Virus record (IMG/VR): IMGVR_UViG_3300045988_036168
Direction: 5' to 3' (one strand)
DNA length: 64,000 nt
Source of the DNA: a virus
The notes below the pieces were generated by a model, which saw nothing but the letters and a program-made list of their open reading frames with translations, was not told the DNA's origin and did not search any database. Positions 25,421-34,412 of this stretch are shown piece after piece (the stretch's first letter is position 1; each line of letters starts with the position of its first letter). The position numbers and the translations under genes were made by a program.

Positions 25421-25452
25421 GGAACGTCCGTGGATTTTTGGTCGGACGTTCC
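25421..25452. promoter_or_regulatory. Perfect 10-bp inverted repeat with 12-bp spacer (candidate attP core or operator)
   Basis: GGAACGTCCG-TGGATTTTTGGT-CGGACGTTCC, ending 31 nt upstream of the recombinase ATG. Confidence 0.4.
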
Positions 25453-25483
25453 TATGGAATATCCCGAAAAAGGAGGACTTCGT

Positions 25484-27202
25484 ATGGCTTCTCGCATCGC
25501 CGAGAAACTGGCCGCGAAGAAGGCGGCCATCTATATTCGCGTTTCTACTCATTGGCAGGTGGACAAAGACTCCCTCAAAGTTCAGCGCCGCGAACTTATC
25601 GCCTATGTCACGCTGGTGCTGGGCATCACCGACTACGTCGTGTTTGAAGACCCCGGCTACTCGGCCAAGAACACAGACCGCCCAGAATATCAGGCCATGA
25701 TGGATCGCATCCGCGCAGGCGAGTTTACCCACCTTGTCGTCTGGAAGATTGACCGTATCAGCCGCAACCTGATTGACTTCGCCGCCATGCACGACGAACT
25801 GCAGTCCCTCGGTGTCACCTTCGTCTCCAAGAACGAGCAGTTCGACACCTCCTCCGCCATCGGTGAGGCCATGATGCGCATTATCCTGATTTTCGCCGAG
25901 CTGGAGCGCAAGACCACCGCCGAGCGCGTCACGGCCGTCATGCTCTCCCGTGCCTCAGACGGTCAATGGAATGGTGGCCGTGTTCCCTTCGGCTATTCGT
26001 GGTCGAAGGAAACAAAGACATTCTCCATCGTCCCCGAGGAGGCAAAGGCCATCCGCCGCATGGCCGAACTGTACGAGCAGTACCAGTCCTTGCTCTATGT
26101 CGCCAAGTACCTCAACGACGCCGGTATCGTCACGAAGACGGGCGGCCAATGGACGCCAACCACGGTGCGCACCATCCTGACAAACCCGTGGTACATCGGC
26201 CAGTATGTCTATAACGTCCACTCAGACGGCAAGGGCATCGAGAAGCGCGACTCTGACGAATGGATCACCGTCGAGAACCACCACGAACCCATTCTGAACG
26301 AAGATGTATTCTGCCGCATGAAGTTCCTGCTGACTCGGAACAAGCGCGGCGGCGTTCCCTCTCACAAAACATACGTCAGGAAGAACATCCACGTCTTTGC
26401 TGGCCTGCTCCGCTGCGGTCAGTGCGGCTCCAACATGACAGCCAACCTCGACCGGCGGCGAGCGAACGGCTTCCGCCCCTCCCAATACGCCTGCGGCAGC
26501 CGGCGGCGCAAAGGAACCTCCTGCACCAACAAGTACATCTCCGACACCACGCTCGGCCCGTTCGTCCTGAACTACGTCGCCAACATCATCAGAGCCTCCA
26601 AGAACTTTTCTGAGACCACGACGCCCGATGTTCTGGAGCGTAAGCTGCTCCGCGGCGAAGCGTTCGAGGACGTGGCCTCCGTCAGCACCGACGCTCTGGG
26701 CCAGCTTCTCGATGCGTTCCGATCCGCCGGTGACGCCGTGGAGTACCGCCCGCAAATCGCCTTCTCCGGTGATGACAACTCCATCCGTGAAATTGACACC
26801 CTCCGCGCTCGGCGCCGCAAGCTCGACAACGCCCTCGCTCGTTTGAACGCCCTGTACCTCTACGACGACGAAGCCATGCCAGAGAAAGACTTCGTCATGC
26901 AGCGCGGCCAGATCACCAAACAGCTCGAAGAAGTCAATGCCCGCATTGAGGAACTGCAGAACCAAGAGTCCAGCGAGGAACTGGGCGACGACTTCATCGG
27001 CAAGGCCAGCTACTACATCATGGCGAACAAGCTGATCGAAGACCGCTACATCGACTACGAGAAGTACATCCGAGCCATTGACCCCTCTATCCCGCGCAGC
27101 TTCCTCCAGCAGATCATAGACCACATCGTCGTGAACGATGGCCGCGTCACCTCCATCACATTCAAGAACGGTGCGACCCACACATTCACCTACAAGACAT
27201 GA
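25484..27202 (+). CDS. Large serine recombinase (integrase)
   Basis: 572 aa from ATG 25484 (AGGAGG RBS). AAIYIRVSTHWQ carries the catalytic Ser. Also has a recombinase domain, a CGQCGSNMTA zinc ribbon and a C-terminal coiled coil. Confidence 0.92.
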   Translation: MASRIAEKLAAKKAAIYIRVSTHWQVDKDSLKVQRRELIAYVTLVLGITDYVVFEDPGYSAKNTDRPEYQAMMDRIRAGEFTHLVVWKIDRISRNLIDFAAMHDELQSLGVTFVSKNEQFDTSSAIGEAMMRIILIFAELERKTTAERVTAVMLSRASDGQWNGGRVPFGYSWSKETKTFSIVPEEAKAIRRMAELYEQYQSLLYVAKYLNDAGIVTKTGGQWTPTTVRTILTNPWYIGQYVYNVHSDGKGIEKRDSDEWITVENHHEPILNEDVFCRMKFLLTRNKRGGVPSHKTYVRKNIHVFAGLLRCGQCGSNMTANLDRRRANGFRPSQYACGSRRRKGTSCTNKYISDTTLGPFVLNYVANIIRASKNFSETTTPDVLERKLLRGEAFEDVASVSTDALGQLLDAFRSAGDAVEYRPQIAFSGDDNSIREIDTLRARRRKLDNALARLNALYLYDDEAMPEKDFVMQRGQITKQLEEVNARIEELQNQESSEELGDDFIGKASYYIMANKLIEDRYIDYEKYIRAIDPSIPRSFLQQIIDHIVVNDGRVTSITFKNGATHTFTYKT

Positions 27203-27207
27203 GAAAA

Positions 27208-27236
27208 GCCCCGGCCTCATATACTGAGGTCGGGGC
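27208..27236 (+). terminator. Hairpin terminator after the recombinase gene
   Basis: GCCCCGGCCTCA-TATAC-TGAGGTCGGGGC (12 bp, one G:U) followed by the U-poor CATCTTAT. Confidence 0.5.
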
Positions 27237-27398
27237 CATCTTATGCAGTCTATGCAGTATCGCCGCAACATTATGCGTCAAAAAAGTTGTTCAATTTTAT
27301 AAGCATCCCCTCAAAGCTAACGATGCGTGATGCTTTCCGGTTATCCACGCGGCTTTTTCTGCTTTTTGCGCCGGTTAAGCCGTTTTCCTCGAAAACCT

Positions 27399-27515
27399 TT
27401 ATTTTTCGGGCTTTTCGCCGTTTTCAGCCTTGGATGGCATCACGTCTCCAATGAACATCGCATCACCGATGCTCACGCGAAGTGTGATTTTCGGATTTTC
27501 TGCATAGTAATTCAT
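27399..27515 (-). CDS. putative microprotein (38 aa)
   Basis: Not in the ORF track. ATG lies 4 nt after GGAGGG. No homology clue. Confidence 0.25.
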   Translation of the reverse strand: MNYYAENPKITLRVSIGDAMFIGDVMPSKAENGEKPEK

Positions 27516-27593
27516 CGTTCCCTCCATACTTTGCAGATGCAAGGCGCAGCAGTCAAGACCGCCGCGCCACATTCTGCAATCTTTCTCGTATTT

Positions 27594-27812
27594 TCAGACG
27601 GTGGGTGTCTGGGGCTGCTTCCCTATTTCGGAGCAGAACGCCAGATAGTCGTCCACTGCCTTATGAAACTCTTCCTCCAAGCCCTCTGCATTTGCGGACT
27701 CGAAGTTCACTAAGTCGTTGATGCCGAGGAGCCTTCCGAAGAAGGCCCCGTCCTCGGCGGAGTATTCGGGCCTTGCCGAATACCCCTTGTACGTCATCGC
27801 TGCCTGCTCCAT
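27594..27812 (-). CDS. HicB-family antitoxin, N-terminal domain only (probably truncated)
   Basis: YKGYSARPEYSAEDGAFFGRLLGINDLVNFESANAEGLEEEFHKAVDDYLAFC matches the HicB-like fold. The ORF stops before the expected C-terminal DNA-binding part. Confidence 0.55.
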   Translation of the reverse strand: MEQAAMTYKGYSARPEYSAEDGAFFGRLLGINDLVNFESANAEGLEEEFHKAVDDYLAFCSEIGKQPQTPTV

Positions 27813-27815
27813 AGT

Positions 27816-28091
27816 TCAGAACAGGTCACTGTGGGTTCCAGTTCTGGACAGCAGCAGCAAAAGCTCCTGCTCCCTGTACTGGTACACCAGCAGCCAATCG
27901 GGCGTGATATGGCACTCACGGAAACCGCCGTAATCGCCGGTCAGGAGGTGGTCTTTGTACTTCTCGTCGAGCTTCATGCCGTTGGCAAGCAATTCGATCA
28001 CCTCGAAAATAAGCCTCTGGTCGTACCCACGTTTCTGCACCAGCTTCATATCCTTCTTGAAGCGGGTGGACATCCTCACATCGTACTTCAT
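27816..28091 (-). CDS. YafQ/RelE-family toxin
   Basis: HLLTGDYGGFRECHITPDWLLVYQY..LLLLSRTGTHSDLF. 4-nt overlap with the antitoxin gene. Confidence 0.85.
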   Translation of the reverse strand: MKYDVRMSTRFKKDMKLVQKRGYDQRLIFEVIELLANGMKLDEKYKDHLLTGDYGGFRECHITPDWLLVYQYREQELLLLLSRTGTHSDLF

Positions 28092-28363
28092 GCCTCCAAA
28101 GCCCTCTTCAGGTCTTCCATACTGTGGAAGGTCTCATACTGCTCAGGGTGGTTTACCATGTCATCAGCTTCCCGCATAGCGGCGATGGTGTCCGCATTGG
28201 GAACCTCGCGCTGAATGGAAAACGGGATGCAATTCTCGCGGATCGACTGCCGCAGAAAGATGTTGATTGCGGTGGACAGGTCAAGGCCGAAGTCTGCGAA
28301 CAGAGCTTGAGCCTGTGCTTTCACATCGGCGTCAATGGAAATGCTGGTTGATACTTTCGCCAT
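28088..28363 (-). CDS. DinJ/RelB-family antitoxin
   Basis: ISIDADVKAQAQALFADFGLDLSTAINIFLRQ is the RHH N-terminus. Confidence 0.85.
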   Translation of the reverse strand: MAKVSTSISIDADVKAQAQALFADFGLDLSTAINIFLRQSIRENCIPFSIQREVPNADTIAAMREADDMVNHPEQYETFHSMEDLKRALEA

Positions 28364-28394
28364 CTGAAATCACTCCTTTAATTTCTTTGAGTAT

Positions 28395-28422
28395 ATTATA
28401 TCATATTATACCTCGAAGTCAA
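28395..28422 (-). promoter_or_regulatory. Promoter of the DinJ-YafQ cassette
   Basis: Minus strand TTGACT-16 nt-TATAAT. Confidence 0.55.
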
Positions 28423-28442
28423 TATGTTATACATATTTTGTG

Positions 28443-28479
28443 GCAAGAAAGCAAAGAGGCCGGGAAAATCCCGGCCTCT
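28443..28479 (-). terminator. Intrinsic terminator ending the long 44.8-28.5 kb unit
   Basis: Minus strand AGAGGCCGGG-ATTT-TCCCGGCCTCT followed by TTGCTTTCTT. Confidence 0.7.
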
Positions 28480-28486
28480 CCCCTAC

Positions 28487-28759
28487 TCAGTCTTCGGTTT
28501 TCAAGGTGCCAACGCACCGCCGAACATCGTTGACGGCGTAGATGGCATCCACCACTCGGCAATCTCCAGCCAGACGGTCGAGGTCATCCGACACCTTCCT
28601 GATGGCGTCCCAAAGGGCATAGAAGGCATCCGTTGCCATGTCGGCTCGCGCTCTGTCAGCCGGCGCCACATCCAGCTCCAGATAGGTATTCTCGAAAGCA
28701 AACATGATGGCCTCCACCTTTGCGATGTCGAAAATTGCCTCGTTCAGATTTCTGTTCAT
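28487..28759 (-). CDS. hypothetical protein (90 aa), paralog of 54553..54825
   Basis: ORF trimmed to ATG 28759. Shares FE.TY..LD...AFY...AG...AI.AVN with the 54.5-kb gene. Confidence 0.55.
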   Translation of the reverse strand: MNRNLNEAIFDIAKVEAIMFAFENTYLELDVAPADRARADMATDAFYALWDAIRKVSDDLDRLAGDCRVVDAIYAVNDVRRCVGTLKTED

Positions 28760-28920
28760 TTTCTTTACTCCTTCGTGATGTATTGGCACTCGTACACCGG
28801 GGTAAAGACTTCATTCATAGCGGCACTGTCGGCTGCTCTCATGGGTGGGGAGTTGTTACGGGCCCTGTGCGAGCGTCGAGAGCAACGTCCGTGCCTCTTT
28901 TTTGCTTTCCGCTTCTGTAT

Positions 28921-29352
28921 TTACTTTGCAACGTGAGCCGTCACGAATCGGCCCAGCATTTCTCTCGCGTCCTCCACCCTGCCGGCAGCACAGACGTCGA
29001 AGATGTACGCGCAGTCCTTGGCTGACATGATATGCTCTGGTAGCGTGTCGTCGCGGATCGTGTCGAGGAACAGCTCCTCGCGCTCATGGAGTGTCAGGTG
29101 CGTCTCCCGAACTATGCGGCAAATCTGCTTTGCGAGGCGATCCGCAATGACTGGCTCAGCGTACACGCCGCTCGTGACGAAGTAGAACGTCAGCATTCCC
29201 AGCTTCAGGGCATCGGTGTATCGCTTCTCACTCTCAAGGATCTCAGCCATCTCCATCAGCCATTCGACAGCCTGCGCGATCTGGCCGGCGCGGATGCAGT
29301 CGTTGTACTGTCGTGCGGCGGCCTCGTAGCCACCGTGCTCGCCTGTTGTCAT
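28921..29352 (-). CDS. hypothetical protein (143 aa)
   Basis: ORF trimmed to ATG 29352, 7 nt after GGAGGG. Confidence 0.55.
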   Translation of the reverse strand: MTTGEHGGYEAAARQYNDCIRAGQIAQAVEWLMEMAEILESEKRYTDALKLGMLTFYFVTSGVYAEPVIADRLAKQICRIVRETHLTLHEREELFLDTIRDDTLPEHIMSAKDCAYIFDVCAAGRVEDAREMLGRFVTAHVAK

Positions 29353-29451
29353 AGTCATTCCCTCCGTTATCAAAGAGGCCAAAAGCGTTCGCAAAGCCTC
29401 TGTATTTGTGATTATACCACCAGTAAATGTGATTGTGAAGTCAGGACACCG

Positions 29452-29676
29452 TCAGGAATCGCCTGAAGCCGTCAGTAACGTGTCCGTTTCATTTCCGTGG
29501 GTGTGTGGGTGGGTATCTGTAAAATCGTCGCACGCGGCCTCTACGCCGCTTTTACGCAGGCCGTCTATGATGGCCTCTTCCGATGGGAAGAAACGGAGAG
29601 CTGCCGACTCGTTTCCGTTGATACGCACCGACAGCTCTCCAGTATCAGGCCACGAAAACCGCAGCTCACTTTTCAT
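29452..29676 (-). CDS. hypothetical protein (74 aa)
   Basis: ORF-track ORF. Overlaps the upstream gene end. Confidence 0.5.
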   Translation of the reverse strand: MKSELRFSWPDTGELSVRINGNESAALRFFPSEEAIIDGLRKSGVEAACDDFTDTHPHTHGNETDTLLTASGDS

Positions 29677-30415
29677 CAGGGTCGTCCATCACGCACTGCT
29701 CCCCGTTGGGGAACATCTGACTTCCAATGCGATTGTACTCCTCGAAAATCTTGTCGAACGCCTCCTGCCAGACCTCGTCGTGGTCGTGCTCAACGCCGAC
29801 CGCTACATGGGCAAGTTCGTGTGCAAGGATTTCGACCGCGTTGGCGACCTCAAGGCTCGGCTTGACGAAGACAGCATCAGATCCATCATCGGCAAAGTCA
29901 GTCAGGCCGTACACGGGCTTGCCATCCTCTTCGTCGCGGATCTGCGGCTCCCAGTAAATCTCGCAGTCCTTGTCTGGGTACAACTTCTTGAACGCTCCCC
30001 AGACCATAGCGAACATATCGTTCTGGAACGGCGCGATCAGCCGGTTTTTCAGATCCAGCGGAGAGAGCCGCGTCTCCTCGTACATCCGCAGGCGCTCTCT
30101 GGTCTCTGCGAAGGCCCACGCCATCGTGTAGAGCAGGGCAACCACGCCCTCAATCGTATCAATGCCGTCGAACAGCCACTCAGAGGTCGCACACGAAAGC
30201 TCCAAATCGTCTTTGAGGCGTACATTCTCCAAGGTTTCGGGGCTGTACTTCTGCAGAATGTCCCGCGTCACGTTGCTCAGGGTCGCGTCTGAGAAGTCAG
30301 GCGCCGGCCCATAGCCGCGGACGTAAACCTCTTCGTCCTTGATGAACACCAAGTTCAGCGCCGCCTCCACATTGTCCTGCGGGTCGTCGGTCACAATGGG
30401 CACATACTTTTTCAT
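29666..30415 (-). CDS. Putative zinc metallopeptidase (HExxH)
   Basis: ILAHELAHVAVG motif near the C-terminus. No other domain recognised. Confidence 0.5.
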   Translation of the reverse strand: MKKYVPIVTDDPQDNVEAALNLVFIKDEEVYVRGYGPAPDFSDATLSNVTRDILQKYSPETLENVRLKDDLELSCATSEWLFDGIDTIEGVVALLYTMAWAFAETRERLRMYEETRLSPLDLKNRLIAPFQNDMFAMVWGAFKKLYPDKDCEIYWEPQIRDEEDGKPVYGLTDFADDGSDAVFVKPSLEVANAVEILAHELAHVAVGVEHDHDEVWQEAFDKIFEEYNRIGSQMFPNGEQCVMDDPDEK

Positions 30416-30678
30416 TTCGCTTCCTCCTTCTCCTGCTCCCAGCGCAGGAACTCAACGCTTCCGATGACCCACTTCAGGGTCTTCCCGCCGTACATTTTCT
30501 GCAACTGCTCAAACACGTTTTCGGGGACGCTGAAGCTGTCGCAGACGCAGACCGCCGGCACCTCGCCACGGCTGTTGCGCACCAGTACCAGATCATCCTT
30601 CTTCAAGTCTCTCTCCTCGGGTACTCCGAAAAGGTAGTGCTGCGCATCGTTCAGGTGATGCACGATGACGATTTTCAT
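30412..30678 (-). CDS. hypothetical protein (88 aa)
   Basis: ORF-track ORF, 4-nt overlaps on both sides. Confidence 0.55.
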   Translation of the reverse strand: MKIVIVHHLNDAQHYLFGVPEERDLKKDDLVLVRNSRGEVPAVCVCDSFSVPENVFEQLQKMYGGKTLKWVIGSVEFLRWEQEKEEAK

Positions 30679-31016
30679 TTGAAATCACCTCCTTCGTCGC
30701 GGATCAAGCCTTGCATACGGGCCGCAGACAGCAGTTCTCCGAGCACCGCCTGCATCTTCCGAGGCCGATCCTCTTCGCTGGCACGGTTTGCCTCCGCAGC
30801 CCGCCACGCCAGTTGGCTGAGCACCCCTCTCAGGTGGATCATCCGGTCGTGGTCTTCCTTGGCAGAGGCAGCCATTCGCAACGCCTCCGCCATATCCTCG
30901 TTGTTCCGTCTGGCCGTGTCGTAACGGGTAATGCCAGTCTCCTGATAGTTCTGGAACGCCGTGTCAGCCTTGCGCTGATACCGTTCCGCCAGCTCCAACA
31001 ATTTCTTTTCGTCCAT
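30675..31016 (-). CDS. hypothetical protein (113 aa)
   Basis: ORF-track ORF, helical/charged. Confidence 0.55.
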   Translation of the reverse strand: MDEKKLLELAERYQRKADTAFQNYQETGITRYDTARRNNEDMAEALRMAASAKEDHDRMIHLRGVLSQLAWRAAEANRASEEDRPRKMQAVLGELLSAARMQGLIRDEGGDFK

Positions 31017-31029
31017 GTCTTGCTCCTTT

Positions 31030-32892
31030 CTACACCGCCACCATGTCCAGCAGGGCGGCCATTGTCGTGATGGTGTCGCCTACTTTGGCGACGTATTCGG
31101 GGAAGTTTGCCCTTGCAACAGCCGCAGCCATCGGCGGGCAGACGGCGTTGCCACAGCGGGCGACCTGTTCGTTCTTCGGGTACGGGTTGCCCATGTAATC
31201 GCGGTCGATGATGTAATCGGGTGGGAACCCCATCGCATTGTAAAGCTCTCTCGGGGAGAGCATCCGCAGGCCGATGTCTGCGATGAAGTAGAGCGTCCCG
31301 CCGATGCTCAGAAGCAGCAGGTCGTCATCGGCCAGCTTATAACCGCAGTAGCGGTTCAGCAGTTCGCGGATCAGCGGCCAACGATACAGGTTCTCGTCCG
31401 GGCCAGCCTTGCAAAGCAGCGTGTCGCAGAGGGCGAAGGTTCCTCCGCCGCAAGCCTTTTTCTGGCCCGCGCCTGCCGTTACGGTCTGCATCGGTTCTGC
31501 AGGGCTGCTCCCCAAGTTGTCTCCCTTGAACTTCACCACATGGGCCGCGCACACCGCATTGTGGTCGATGGCCGTCACCGTCGGAAGCGGCTCTTCCATC
31601 TTCTCGCCGACCACACCGCTGTAATACTTCACCAGATTTGCGCAGGTCAGACCGTAGCGGTTCGAGGCATCCACGGTGGGGATTGGAGCGCCGAGGCCAG
31701 AGGCTCGGACGTTTTCTGTCTGCTCGGTATGGTACTGAATGAGCGAGGGCGCCACGATACCGCCCGTATGCTTGGCGGTAATGGTTTTGTATGGGCCACG
31801 CACATCGGCGACGTGGCCGCCTCCTGCGTGATTACATTCGGCCAGATATGGGGTTACAAGCATCTGGTTCCCTGCTGTCGTCACGGTATGTACCGGATCA
31901 CCGGCAGGCGCTCCGACGCTGTTGCTGGTGTTCGTCGCCGTGAACGGTGCCAGCACCGGCTTGCAGAGGTTGTGCTTGCCGCTCCCGACCACCGTAGGCA
32001 GCGGTTCCTCAATGTCGTGTACCCGTGGGGCCTGTCCCTTTCGTTCTCCATAGCCGGTCGGGACGATATACGGCTGGCCGCTCTTGATGGTGAATTTATC
32101 CACGCCGCGGATGATGCGCCGCATGGTGTTGTCCGCCAAAGGCCGCACCGCCTTCAAATTGTACCGCTCCTTGATTTCCTCCTTGGTGTCGAAGATGGAC
32201 GGGCAAGGTAGGCTCCAGTCGATGATTTCCGCCGCACTGCGCCACGGTTTCAGCCTGCCGCTCTTCACGGCTTCGCTGTCCCGCGGAGCGTGGGTCGGTT
32301 CGGGCCACACAATGGGCTTTCCGTCGCAACGGGCAATCAGGACAAACCGCTTGCGGCTGGTCGGTGCGCCATAATCAGCCGCCACCAGCTCACGCCATTC
32401 GACCTCGTAGCCGAGATCCCGAAGCTGACCGATGAACTTTCTGAACGTCGTGCCTGCCAACTTCTTTACAGGCTTGCCCTTTCTGACCGGCCCCCATGTC
32501 TGGAACTCTTCGACATTTTCGAGGAAAATCACTCGTGGCCGCACCAAAGCGGCCCATCTCAGGGTGATCCACGCAAGGCCGCGGATTTTCTTGTCAACGA
32601 GAGCTGCGCCCTTAGCCTTGCTGAAATGCTTGCAGTCGGGCGAGAACCACGCACCGCCCACGGGACGCCCGCGGCATACGTCACGCGGGTCAACATCCCA
32701 AACGGACGCCTGATAATGCTCCGTGTACGGGTGGTTCGTCTTGTGCATCAGGATCGCCGCAGGGTCGTGGTTGATGGCCGCCGCCACCGTAATGCCGAGG
32801 CCGACCTCCATGCCCGTCGATGCGCCGCCACCGCCCGCGAAGCTGTCAACGAAGATTTCGTCGTCGATGCCGATTTGTGCGCAATTTCTCAT
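31030..32892 (-). CDS. DNA (cytosine-5)-methyltransferase, long form (620 aa)
   Basis: FAGGGGAS (motif I), SPDCKHFS (motif IV-like), IFLENVEEF (motif VI), TSRKRFVLIA (motif VIII). Confidence 0.88.
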   Translation of the reverse strand: MRNCAQIGIDDEIFVDSFAGGGGASTGMEVGLGITVAAAINHDPAAILMHKTNHPYTEHYQASVWDVDPRDVCRGRPVGGAWFSPDCKHFSKAKGAALVDKKIRGLAWITLRWAALVRPRVIFLENVEEFQTWGPVRKGKPVKKLAGTTFRKFIGQLRDLGYEVEWRELVAADYGAPTSRKRFVLIARCDGKPIVWPEPTHAPRDSEAVKSGRLKPWRSAAEIIDWSLPCPSIFDTKEEIKERYNLKAVRPLADNTMRRIIRGVDKFTIKSGQPYIVPTGYGERKGQAPRVHDIEEPLPTVVGSGKHNLCKPVLAPFTATNTSNSVGAPAGDPVHTVTTAGNQMLVTPYLAECNHAGGGHVADVRGPYKTITAKHTGGIVAPSLIQYHTEQTENVRASGLGAPIPTVDASNRYGLTCANLVKYYSGVVGEKMEEPLPTVTAIDHNAVCAAHVVKFKGDNLGSSPAEPMQTVTAGAGQKKACGGGTFALCDTLLCKAGPDENLYRWPLIRELLNRYCGYKLADDDLLLLSIGGTLYFIADIGLRMLSPRELYNAMGFPPDYIIDRDYMGNPYPKNEQVARCGNAVCPPMAAAVARANFPEYVAKVGDTITTMAALLDMVAV

Positions 32893-33218
32893 ATCTTCAA
32901 CTCCTCCTCGTGCGGCTGAAGGAACCGGAAGGTCGCCGAGAGCTGCAGATCGTTGTTTTTTTCTTCCTGCCTCTCGTAAACGACAGCGTCGTGTTCCATC
33001 ACATATTCCGCAATGTTGTGCGCAGTCTCCGCTCGGAGCATCTTCTCCATTTCAGCCTCGTGCGTTCTGGCAAAGGCAGGCACGATTTTCACCGTCCTGA
33101 CTGTCTGGATGTCGTAATGGAGAGCCTGCACGATGGGCGCAGAAAACATCGCCTCTGCGCGTGTCAGGCCGCCGAGCGCATGGATGATTTTTGCCTTCAG
33201 CCTGTCAATCCATTTCAT
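32889..33218 (-). CDS. hypothetical protein (109 aa)
   Basis: ORF-track ORF, 4-nt overlap with the upstream gene. Confidence 0.55.
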   Translation of the reverse strand: MKWIDRLKAKIIHALGGLTRAEAMFSAPIVQALHYDIQTVRTVKIVPAFARTHEAEMEKMLRAETAHNIAEYVMEHDAVVYERQEEKNNDLQLSATFRFLQPHEEELKI

Positions 33219-33726
33219 GTGCGGCCTCCTTCATCAGCTTCCCGTTCTGAACTCGGTATGCTTTGTCGTCCCAATACTCAGTCGCGCCGACCTTGCGGGT
33301 TTCATTACCGTAAAACTTCTTCCACGACGGCAAGCTGTCGTTCACGGCGTCGAAATGCAGGCCCCATCTGGCACAGGCTTCGAGCGCGTTCTCAAGCAGC
33401 TCTCCCTCTCGGCACGTCCAGAGAATGAGTCCCGCGCCAGCGATCTGCTCTGCCGCCGCTGCGACGATAATCTCCCAGTTCGGAGCGCCAATGTCTGGGT
33501 ATGCGTTTGCGCAGAGGCAACCGTCAAAGTCGATGGCGATTGCCTTCTGCAGCGTCTGCGCGTACTGTTTCCGACGCTCTTCGTCGTCTGCCCGCATCTG
33601 CTCCAATACCTCCTTTGCCAGTTTCGTCGTGCATCCTCTGCCCTCTCTTAATTTCTCCAGCGGGCATTCCCTGCAGTTCGGCTCAGCACAGCACCTCAGC
33701 GCCTTCACGATAACCCCTCGTCTCAT
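33205..33726 (-). CDS. HAD-superfamily phosphatase-like protein with N-terminal Cys cluster
   Basis: ORF trimmed to ATG 33726 (ATGA overlap). IAIDFDGCLC, LILWTCREG, FDAVND. Confidence 0.55.
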   Translation of the reverse strand: MRRGVIVKALRCCAEPNCRECPLEKLREGRGCTTKLAKEVLEQMRADDEERRKQYAQTLQKAIAIDFDGCLCANAYPDIGAPNWEIIVAAAAEQIAGAGLILWTCREGELLENALEACARWGLHFDAVNDSLPSWKKFYGNETRKVGATEYWDDKAYRVQNGKLMKEAAHEMD

Positions 33727-34409
33727 GCCAGCGCCTCCTCTCTGCCGATCTGCTGGAACTTGTAGACGAAGACCCACGGGTTCGCATACCATCCCAACTC
33801 GTCGAGTTGGTCTGCAGAGATTGTGCTGTTCCAGAGATCCCGAAAATCCATGCGCATCGCTCTGTACGGCTGGTTCCGGTCAATGCCTTCAGCCTTTAAC
33901 CCGCCGCCGTTGATGTCTCCGAGCCTCTCCACGGAAACGTCCACGATTTTCAGGAATGTCCTCGCCGCCTCTTTTGGCATGAAAATCGAGGGGTTCCACT
34001 TGGAGTCGGTACTCCACTTAGCGATAAACTGGTCAAATGCCTCTCTGGATTCCGAGTCGGAGCATCCGCCGGGGAACTGGATTTTCCCGAGCGGGCCACC
34101 TGCTCGGAACTCGATCTTTGCATCCGCCTCGAAGCGGTGCGCAGACTGAACGTGCCACGTCTCTCTGATATAGAGCACGTCGCCGAACCAGAACTTCGGC
34201 TTGACGGTCTCCGCCCAGTCGCAGAAGACGCCGCCGGCCCCGTTGTTTCCGCACATCAGGTCGAACGTCCGGTTCTCTTCATCGCAGTCGAGGACGAACC
34301 GTGCGCCCTCGGGCTGCGGGAGAACTACGCGCCGCGTCTCAGTTTTTTTGCCGGCCATGATTTTCTGCACCATCTCCGTATTGAACAGGATCGGTTTCAG
34401 CTTTGCCAC
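33723..34409 (-). CDS. ASCH/PUA-like domain phage protein
   Basis: KPILFNTEMVQKIMAGKKTETRRV is an N-terminal motif common to ASCH-type phage proteins. Confidence 0.55.
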   Translation of the reverse strand: MAKLKPILFNTEMVQKIMAGKKTETRRVVLPQPEGARFVLDCDEENRTFDLMCGNNGAGGVFCDWAETVKPKFWFGDVLYIRETWHVQSAHRFEADAKIEFRAGGPLGKIQFPGGCSDSESREAFDQFIAKWSTDSKWNPSIFMPKEAARTFLKIVDVSVERLGDINGGGLKAEGIDRNQPYRAMRMDFRDLWNSTISADQLDELGWYANPWVFVYKFQQIGREEALA

Positions 34410-34412
34410 TTG

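Noticed and set aside
27203-27593. A junction between two independent tandem elements, or between prophage and host DNA.
   Set aside because: The same exact TAGGTAGG promoter class occurs on both sides of the integrase module, and no host-like gene is present on either side. It cannot be excluded without the flanking contig.
28880-28912. A T-run (CCTCTTTTTTGC) on the plus strand as a terminator or as a second antisense sRNA like the one at 54.9 kb.
   Set aside because: No stable inverted repeat precedes the T-run, and no plus-strand promoter is evident.
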